From an uncultured bacterium (GTDB lineage Bacteria; UBP14; UBA6098), in contig CAZSHG010000004.1 in NCBI GenBank assembly GCA_964606695.1, forward strand, positions 97,725-161,724: a stretch of 64,000 nucleotides of DNA, read 5' to 3'. Below, one piece after another: positions 57,607-64,000 of the stretch (position 1 is its first letter; each line of letters begins with the position of its first letter). A program made the position numbers and the translations under genes. Under the pieces are notes generated by a model that had not been told where the DNA came from, searched no databases, and was given only the letters and a program-made list of their open reading frames with translations.

Positions 57607-58008
57607 CTATGCAAAGATACTGTTAAGTATAGGGATCAGATCGTTAGATATTTCCCTGGAATACAATCTGACTACACTCGATGTAATTCCGGTGTCCGCT
57701 ATTGCGACAATGAACGCTTCCGGCATGATGCTATGAATATGCAGGTTTTGGTGAGTCCCCTGGTAACTTGTTGCGGCGAATTTTTTCTCTCCCAGAGCGG
57801 ACGCCAGCGCTTGAGTGCTCGATAGTCCCGCCGTAGCGAGAACCGCGAGAGAATTCACGTTAACGCCGGAGAAATCCCCGGCCTGGCTCAGGATAAAACC
57901 GCTTCGGCTGACCAGAACAACGGATTTAGCCCCGGTATCGCTCAAATATGTTACGAGCAGTTCGGTTAATTTCCTGCTGTCTTCTCCCTGAATAACTACG
58001 TTCTTCAT
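57607..58008 (-). CDS. mglB: Roadblock/LC7-domain protein, MglB-like GTPase-activating partner of MglA.
   Basis: 133 aa roadblock/LC7 fold pattern (VVLVSRSGFILSQAG ... AIADTGITSSVV). Sits 4 nt downstream of the mglA-like gene. Confidence 0.7.
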   Translation of the reverse strand: MKNVVIQGEDSRKLTELLVTYLSDTGAKSVVLVSRSGFILSQAGDFSGVNVNSLAVLATAGLSSTQALASALGEKKFAATSYQGTHQNLHIHSIMPEAFIVAIADTGITSSVVRLYSREISNDLIPILNSIFA

Positions 58009-58012
58009 AGTT

Positions 58013-58618
58013 TTAATTCCTCGGTTTGATATCCTCTAAAAGCTTCCTGACGCATATCCTGCAAACAGCGTTGAGCGTATCGAATACTTTCGTCCCGTTT
58101 ATCGCTATCGATTCGAAAACGGGAACCGGGTTTGGGACATTATTCAACAACTCATCCATGGATTCTATTTTCGATATCTGTTCAAGATCGCGTTTATTGT
58201 ATTGCAGGACGTAGGACATATCCGTAAGTAGAATCCCGAAATCCGCCAGGTTGTCTATGAGGTTTTGAAACGATTCCGCATTCGCTTTCTGTCTGTTCCA
58301 TTGGGAATCCGCTACAAAAACGACCGCATCGGCTCCCTGAAGGACGAGTCGTCTCGTTGCATTATAATGAACCTGTCCGGGGACTGTATATAACTGAAAT
58401 TTAGTTGTGAACCCGGGGATTATTTTCGATTGTATCGGAAGGAAATCGAAATAAAGCGTCCTGTCACCCTCGGTTGAAATCGATATCATTTCCGACGCTT
58501 CCTTGCAGGATATCTTCTTCCTAATATACTCCAGATTCGTGGTTTTCCCGGACATAGCCGGTCCATAATAAACGATTTTGATGCAAATCTCTTTGTCAAC
58601 TACGTTTACTTGAGCCAT
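58013..58618 (-). CDS. mglA: Ras-like small GTPase MglA.
   Basis: KIVYYGPAMSGKTTNLEYI P-loop, characteristic of MglA, with switch/G3-G5 regions. 201 aa. Confidence 0.85.
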   Translation of the reverse strand: MAQVNVVDKEICIKIVYYGPAMSGKTTNLEYIRKKISCKEASEMISISTEGDRTLYFDFLPIQSKIIPGFTTKFQLYTVPGQVHYNATRRLVLQGADAVVFVADSQWNRQKANAESFQNLIDNLADFGILLTDMSYVLQYNKRDLEQISKIESMDELLNNVPNPVPVFESIAINGTKVFDTLNAVCRICVRKLLEDIKPRN

Positions 58619-58654
58619 TTTAATCTATGTATCTTTCAAAACGCATTTAGTTTC

Positions 58655-60712
58655 CTATCCGAAGGACGGTAAATCATCGTTGCCGCTATCGATCCAGGAG
58701 GATTCCGATTCGTCTTCCCCGCCGGATTTCAACAGTGAAGGATCTACCTGTGGCGCTATATCTTCCATCGGTAGCTGGACCTTGAGTTCCATTATGTTCG
58801 GCCCCTGTTGCGCGGCGATGAAATTCACGAGTTCTATCGGCACCATATTATATATGAAATCTACAGTAACTTCGACTTTCCCGCTAGGTAACTGGTCGAT
58901 TATCATCCTCAGGGGGATTTTGAGATTATGGTCGGAACCTTTTCTAATCAATTTATCGAGAACGGCACCGCTCTCCGATCCCGCATTGTAACTGATTATC
59001 TTCCTCACGGATATTTCTATCTTGTCGGCCGGGTCGCTTGCGAGATTCATAGCCTCGGCCGGTGGCATTTCGGGTTGTTTTTCCTCTTCCTTTTTTTCCG
59101 ACTCTTCCATGGCCTTCCTGAGTTCGTCCTCGGTGAATTCCCCCTTTTCTTTCTTTTCTTTGCCCGGAGCTTTTTCTTCAGGCTTTCCAAGCCCGTCCAG
59201 TTCGCTCACTATCTCCGCGATTCCTTCTTCATCGATCTTCTTCCTCCCGGGCTTTTTGCCTTCTTCTTCGTCGCCCGCCGGTTCCGCTTTCTCTTCGATT
59301 TCGACGCCGAGGTCTTCGAGAAGTTCACCTAAATCAGGGTCGAGGTCGTCCGGCAAATCTTCATAATCTTCAATAAGATCTTCCTTGAAATCAGAGACTG
59401 TTTCGATTTCAGGTTCCTCCCTTTTCTTTCTATGCGGTTTGTTTATCTCGGCAGTCTCTTCGGTTTCTTTTTCCTCCTCTTTCTGTTCAACCTTTTCCGG
59501 TGGAATTTTCTCCTCCGCTTCTTCGGGCTCGGGTTGAGGTTCTTCTTCTACTTTTTTCTCTTCCGGTTGTTCGGGTTTTTCCGTTTCATCCCCAGAAACT
59601 TTTTCGATAACTGGAGTTTCAGGTTTCTCCTCGGTTTCCTCTATTCCGGGTTCAATCAGTTTTTCTATATCCGCCATTCCACCGATATCTTCGATTTCCG
59701 GCTCGAGTTCTTCTTCGACAATGGGTTCTTCGACAACCGATTCCCCGGTTTCCATTGTCTCCATGGTTTCATGTCCTTGTCCTCGTTCGGTAACGATATC
59801 CTCGACGAGTTCTTCCGCAGATTCCGTAATTTCTTCGATTTCGGGTTTTTCTACAATCGGTTTCGGGATGATTTTCGGCTCGATTTCTTCAGTGGCTGTT
59901 TCCTTTTCCTCTTCAACAATATCTAACTCCGGCTCTTCGCTTTCGCCGGCCTCTTCACTTTCTTCGGTCTGCGATTTACTAATTTTGAGAAGTTCATCTA
60001 AGGTTTCGCCGCCTTTCTCCTCCAATCCCTCCGCTAAACCCGCATTAATAGAAGTAAGCCCTCCCGTATCGATTTCCGATTCTTCCCCTGAAACGCCTTC
60101 TTCCACTTCACTCAGGAATTTATCGAAAAGTCCGATATCCTCGATATTAGGTTCGCTACTCCACAGGTCTGTTTCGTCTTCTTCGGTCTCGGATATGGCT
60201 TCGTGGGTAAAGAATTCGGCGGGAGGCGGCGATTCTACAGTTCTTTTAGGGGATTCAGTTTCTTCCTCTTCTTTTTCGAGTAATTTTTTTTCTTCCTCGT
60301 GCCCCAGCGAGTGGATGAGGATAGGAAAAGCGAGAGCCGGGGAGAGAATCACCTGGAATACGAAAGTTGGCGTGTAGTCAAAAAGAGCGTTACGGAAAGA
60401 TTCGAACAGAAAAAGTTCGGAACGGTTGAAGAAAAAGAAAAATATAAGGCCGTTGCCGAGAGCGAGTAATATCCAGAAAATTAAGATAACTATCAATCCT
60501 TTAAACCAGAGAAACGGCTCGAAACGATGATTCGAATAGAGAAAAAGCGCCAGGATAAAGACCGCTACGGCAAACGCTACTTTGATTTGCCACGGAATAA
60601 ACAGTTCCGGGATGCTATCTCGCAAATCGTAGAGCAACGAACTCACGCCCACTCCGGCCACGAATAGGACGAGAATAAGTATTATTGCCGATTTTGTCGA
60701 TATCTCTCTCAT
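58655..60712 (-). CDS. Membrane-anchored, extremely acidic low-complexity protein (685 aa). It has about 4 N-terminal TM helices, then an about 350-aa Glu/Lys/Pro-rich disordered region, then a conserved-looking C-terminal domain of about 150 aa. Co-oriented with mglAB, 36 nt upstream.
   Basis: Direct reading of the translation. EEK/EPE/EIE-type repeats (…EEEKKLLEKEEEETESPKR…EEKPETPVIEKVSGDETEKPEQPEEKKVEEEPQPEPEEAEEK…). The opposite-strand ORFs in the track are Ser/Phe-rich artefacts of the same repeats. Confidence 0.55.
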   Translation of the reverse strand: MREISTKSAIILILVLFVAGVGVSSLLYDLRDSIPELFIPWQIKVAFAVAVFILALFLYSNHRFEPFLWFKGLIVILIFWILLALGNGLIFFFFFNRSELFLFESFRNALFDYTPTFVFQVILSPALAFPILIHSLGHEEEKKLLEKEEEETESPKRTVESPPPAEFFTHEAISETEEDETDLWSSEPNIEDIGLFDKFLSEVEEGVSGEESEIDTGGLTSINAGLAEGLEEKGGETLDELLKISKSQTEESEEAGESEEPELDIVEEEKETATEEIEPKIIPKPIVEKPEIEEITESAEELVEDIVTERGQGHETMETMETGESVVEEPIVEEELEPEIEDIGGMADIEKLIEPGIEETEEKPETPVIEKVSGDETEKPEQPEEKKVEEEPQPEPEEAEEKIPPEKVEQKEEEKETEETAEINKPHRKKREEPEIETVSDFKEDLIEDYEDLPDDLDPDLGELLEDLGVEIEEKAEPAGDEEEGKKPGRKKIDEEGIAEIVSELDGLGKPEEKAPGKEKKEKGEFTEDELRKAMEESEKKEEEKQPEMPPAEAMNLASDPADKIEISVRKIISYNAGSESGAVLDKLIRKGSDHNLKIPLRMIIDQLPSGKVEVTVDFIYNMVPIELVNFIAAQQGPNIMELKVQLPMEDIAPQVDPSLLKSGGEDESESSWIDSGNDDLPSFG

Positions 60713-61010
60713 TTAGCCTTTCTATGACAACTTATAATATTAATAAAGATATACGGGGATGTCAACGTATTTGACTTCGGGTAAGCTGAAAAATCGGGGG
60801 AAGCCTTTTTTTTTGACGCTTGAGAATGCGCCTATACGAATATTTGAAAGTGCTCGCTCATAACCAAACGATAACTGCAATATGGTCAGAATAATTTCAT
60901 GCACACGTGTTCCATTTTTATTACTAATTAAACTAAAAAAATCGATTCTTGCCTTGATTTAATAACCGCCTATCGATATTTTCCGATAAATAATCAACTG
61001 GAGGTTCCAG

Positions 61011-62528
61011 ATGAGATATCGAATTTTAGTAATACTAATCCTCGTTTTCGTTTTTATCGGTTTTGCGCAATGGACGCCGGATCCGCGTTATCACACGGTG
61101 GATGATGTTATCGACGAAGTGTTAGCGCTTGCGGATACTTTTTCCAGCTATTGCCATATCGAAACACTCGGCACCGGCCCGTGGTTCGGAAAACCAATCC
61201 TGGCAATGCGGATTTCCGAGAATCCCACGGTCGATGAAGACGAGATCACTATCGAGATCCACGGAGGGCAACACGCCGACGAACCTCAGGGGGTCGAAAC
61301 CTGTATGTGGATGATAAAGGATCTTCTTCACCGAATCGACGAGGGGGATAGCTCCGCGACATTATGGTGGCAAACCTATGAAATCTGGATAATCCCACAA
61401 GTTAACACCGACGGCAGAATTATGTGCCTGGATTCATGCTATAACGAATGGCGAAAAACCTGCAATGACCTTGATTCAAATGGCATTCTCGACGCTTACG
61501 ACGACGGGGTCGATCCAAATCGAAACTGGGATTACGAGTGGGAAGAATACACTCCCGAAGATTACGACAATACCAAAGGTCTCTTCCCGTGGAGTGAACC
61601 GTGCGTGGTAGCTATGCGAGATTTCTTTGAAAGAGAACGGCCGCTGTTTATCGTAGATCTGCATTCCCCCGATTACACGGGTGGAAATAAACTCTGGACA
61701 TGCTGGTATTTCGAGGGCGGCCCCTGGGATGCAAGTTATACTCCCGAGGGCAGTGAATCTTTTGACGAAATCCGATATTACCTTTCGCAGGCTATTCGCG
61801 ACGAGGAGGGCGATCCTTACGAAGGATTATGGGCGAACCAGAACAAACCCAAACTTCAGAACTGGTGCTATTATAACCTCGGACACTGTCCAATATTGAT
61901 CGAGATTACCAACCAGTGCTTCTGGCACGCCGACACGATCGATACTATTGCGGCGCGAGTCGGGCACGGACTTTATTATCTGATGGAACGTCCGATGGAA
62001 AGGCTTCTGGTCGTCCACGTCGTGGATACACTCGGCGAACCGGTTTTAGATGCGGGCGTAGATATAGTGGAGTTACAACACGATTATCTCCCCGTGCGGA
62101 CAGTCGATCCGGTATTCGGCACCTGCAGGAAACTTGTGCGCGATAATAGATATTATACTCTCGAAATCACCGCCCCGGGAATGCCTACCGAAGTCCACGA
62201 TTCGATATATATCCCACCGGATTCTCCTCCTTTGCATAGGACAATTATCATGGGCGACGCGTCGATAGGCGAACCGAAATTGCCCGAAAGGCTGGAAATG
62301 CGAGCCTATCCGAATCCCTTTAATTCGGCTGTTCGTATCGAACATGCCCCAGATTATGATAGCCGGCTGGATATTTACGATATTTGCGGCAATCGGATCG
62401 TGCGGTTAGATATGAGTGCCAATGGCGAGACTTTATGGCGGCCCGATCACAGCGTCAATTCGGGATTATATTTCGTTAAGATAGTCGGGTCGGACGAGGG
62501 CGCTATCAGGATGGTCTTTCTTAAATAG
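61011..62528 (+). CDS. Secreted M14 family zinc carboxypeptidase with a C-terminal T9SS-type sorting domain.
   Basis: Signal peptide. M14 zinc ligands (EIHGGQHADEPQG, that is HxxE ... H). C-terminus MRAYPNPFNSAVRIEH ... GLYFVKIVGSDEGAIRMVFLK (Por_Secre_tail-like). Confidence 0.8.
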   Translation: MRYRILVILILVFVFIGFAQWTPDPRYHTVDDVIDEVLALADTFSSYCHIETLGTGPWFGKPILAMRISENPTVDEDEITIEIHGGQHADEPQGVETCMWMIKDLLHRIDEGDSSATLWWQTYEIWIIPQVNTDGRIMCLDSCYNEWRKTCNDLDSNGILDAYDDGVDPNRNWDYEWEEYTPEDYDNTKGLFPWSEPCVVAMRDFFERERPLFIVDLHSPDYTGGNKLWTCWYFEGGPWDASYTPEGSESFDEIRYYLSQAIRDEEGDPYEGLWANQNKPKLQNWCYYNLGHCPILIEITNQCFWHADTIDTIAARVGHGLYYLMERPMERLLVVHVVDTLGEPVLDAGVDIVELQHDYLPVRTVDPVFGTCRKLVRDNRYYTLEITAPGMPTEVHDSIYIPPDSPPLHRTIIMGDASIGEPKLPERLEMRAYPNPFNSAVRIEHAPDYDSRLDIYDICGNRIVRLDMSANGETLWRPDHSVNSGLYFVKIVGSDEGAIRMVFLK

Positions 62529-62574
62529 ACTGACAAAAAACGGGCTATCAAGGGAGGACACAGTTCCTCCCTTT

Positions 62575-63168
62575 TTATTGGATACGTCGCGCTCCCGCGA
62601 ACCTGGTGTCGTAATATGGGTCGTCCAGCGAGCTGATAGTTACGCCAAGGCTGGAACTGGCGTGGGCGAACCTCTTACCCCCCAGGGCTATACCCACGTG
62701 ATCTACCTTGCGTCCGTCCATTCGGAAGAAAACCAGATCGCCGAACTGCGGATTAGATATGGACGATCCCACTTCGTATTGTTCGCGGCTGGTTCGAGGT
62801 AAATCTATCCCGGCCTGTCCGAAGACATTGTGCACGAAACCGGAACAATCCACGCCGTCGAATCCATTGCCGCCGTAAAGATAGGGCGTTCCGATGTAGA
62901 GGTTGATTGCGCCGAGAAGGGCTTCGCCGTCGAATCCGGAACCGCCGGCACCCAATGAATAAGCCGGTTTCCCCGACTGAGAAGGTGTAGTAGAAGAACG
63001 AACCACTTCTTTCGTTCCCTTCGCCGTCGAATCCGGTTGTTCCGTATGGGGCCGTTCAACCTTTTTCTCCATCGACGGGCGCGCATGGCCTATGTATCTG
63101 GGGGAAGGAGTGCAACCGGAGAAAATAGTCGCGCCGACTGCTATTAAGAAGATGAGTGTTTTATAGTG
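62575..63168 (-). CDS. NlpC/P60 (C40) family cell-wall peptidase lipoprotein. The N-terminal boundary is uncertain because it is fused in frame to the upstream uvrC reading frame.
   Basis: Lipoprotein signal ...KTLIFLIAVGATIFSGCTPS. NlpC/P60 catalytic context DCSGFVHNVFGQAGIDLPR ... GDLVFFRMDG..VDHVGIALG. No canonical start codon lies between the uvrC HhH domain and the signal peptide; the nearest candidates are CTG or ATC. Confidence 0.65.
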   Translation of the reverse strand, partial: HYKTLIFLIAVGATIFSGCTPSPRYIGHARPSMEKKVERPHTEQPDSTAKGTKEVVRSSTTPSQSGKPAYSLGAGGSGFDGEALLGAINLYIGTPYLYGGNGFDGVDCSGFVHNVFGQAGIDLPRTSREQYEVGSSISNPQFGDLVFFRMDGRKVDHVGIALGGKRFAHASSSLGVTISSLDDPYYDTRFAGARRIQ

Positions 63169-64000
63169 GGATAACTCGCGCAGGATTTTCTCAGCCAGCT
63201 CGATCGGGATCTTTCCCGCTTTTGATACCTTTTCCGGCGTGGAGTTGACTATTTCCTGCAGTGATTCAAACTCATTCAGCAAACGTTTTTGACGTTTCGG
63301 TCCGATACCTTGCACGGAGGCGAGTTCGGTAGCCTGGAACGCCTTAGTCCTTCGTTTTCGCTGGTATTGCACCGCAAACCTGTGGGCTTCGTTGCGGACA
63401 CGCATAAGCAACCTCAACGCGGCGGAGTCTCTGGGCAACATTATCGACCGGTCGAATTGTGGGCGAAATACCTCTTCCATGCGTTTTGCTATCGAAGTTA
63501 ATTCGATCTTACCTTCCGCATCGAATTCATCTACCGCCTTTTTCGCCGCGGAAAGTTGGCCCTTTCCGCCGTCGATTAGTAACAGGTCGGGAAAACTTTT
63601 ATCCTCCTTGTTAAGCCTTTTGAGACGCCGGGATACGACCTCGTGAATCGAGCCGTAGTCGTCCCCCGGTTGAGCGGATTTTATCATAAACCGGCGATAA
63701 CCCCGGCTATATTTTTTGCCATCGCGGAAGGTTACCAGCGACGCCACTGCATTCGTGCTCTGCAGGTGCGATATATCGATTGCCTCGATAAGGCGCGGCG
63801 GTTTGTCGAGTTTAAGTTCCTTCTGAAGCTCTATAACGGCGTAAGGCAGATGCACCTTGTTTTTCTGATGGACGAGTTCGGCCAGTAAAAGCTCGGCGTT
63901 TCGTTCAACTAACTCGATGAATTCGCGTTTCTGGCCGCGCTGTGGTCTGCGTATATCCACCGACGTTCCGCGTCGGTCGGAAACGAAATTCGATATATCC
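63169..64000 (-). CDS. uvrC: Excinuclease ABC subunit C (UvrC), C-terminal part covering the RNase-H-like endonuclease domain and the (HhH)2 domain. The gene continues beyond the window end.
   Basis: ...IEAIDISHLQSTNAVASLVTFRDGKKYSRGYRRF ... LLLIDGGKGQLSAAKKAVDEF ... ELASVQGIGPKRQKRLLNEFESLQEIVNSTPEKV is typical of the UvrC C-terminal half. The reading frame continues without a stop into the NlpC/P60 gene. Confidence 0.75.

Noticed and set aside
58680-60377. Ser-rich and Phe-rich plus-strand ORFs of 103 to 218 aa opposite the acidic protein gene.
   Set aside because: They are reverse-frame readings of GAA/GAG-rich codon repeats (TTC/CTC). No RBS or start context is present.
1-64000. Possibility of an alternative genetic code, for example UGA or UAG reassignment, explaining the in-frame TAG at 55293 or the missing uvrC stop.
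   Set aside because: TAA, TGA and TAG all serve as ordinary stops at many well-defined gene ends, including ATGA/GTGA coupled junctions where the stop and start are both required. Standard code 11 fits the whole window.

Overview
This 64 kb window looks like a bacterial chromosomal segment with about 50% GC overall and standard-code stops. Tight ATGA, GTGA and TAATG gene overlaps point to operons. Three proteins carry a C-terminal 'YPNPF...'-type sorting domain and an mglA/mglB pair is present, which suggests an uncultured member of the Fibrobacteres-Chlorobi-Bacteroidetes (FCB) group or a related lineage (inference).

Housekeeping content:
- A glycine-cleavage operon, gcvH-gcvPA ... gcvPB, is interrupted by two transglutaminase-like secreted protein genes.
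- A comEC operon runs into a block of four peptidase genes (M16, M28, an HExxH protein with a sorting domain, M42) with dut embedded.
- Other housekeeping genes are purM, lnt, an HD hydrolase, glyQS, tRNA-Pro(UGG), mglA/mglB and a partial uvrC.
- A 15.8 kb gene encodes a 5268-aa lipoprotein adhesin built from Ig-like (Big_1, intimin/invasin-type) repeats. A small outer-membrane beta-barrel gene, a TPR protein, a cyclophilin and a SagB-type dehydrogenase follow it.

The most unusual part is a compositionally mosaic accessory stretch at about 14.7-22.2 kb.
- An MNT/HepT (type VII) toxin-antitoxin cassette is bracketed by a perfect 131-bp direct repeat that duplicates the 3' end and terminator of the M42 peptidase gene.
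- After it come a GC-rich PD-(D/E)xK-like protein, an AT-rich 959-aa gamma-class N6-adenine methyltransferase fusion protein, and a small protein with a weaker PD-(D/E)xK-like motif. Together these look like a candidate restriction/defence module of unclear type.
- Next is an array of eleven 21-bp tandem repeats that ends at the ribosome-binding site of an orphan 333-aa gene. A 30-bp perfect palindrome and twin hairpins follow that gene.

Other oddities are an in-frame amber stop in a TrkH-like remnant, a (TA)n tract upstream of the giant adhesin gene, an extremely acidic membrane protein co-operonic with mglAB, and an in-frame uvrC-NlpC/P60 junction with no stop codon.
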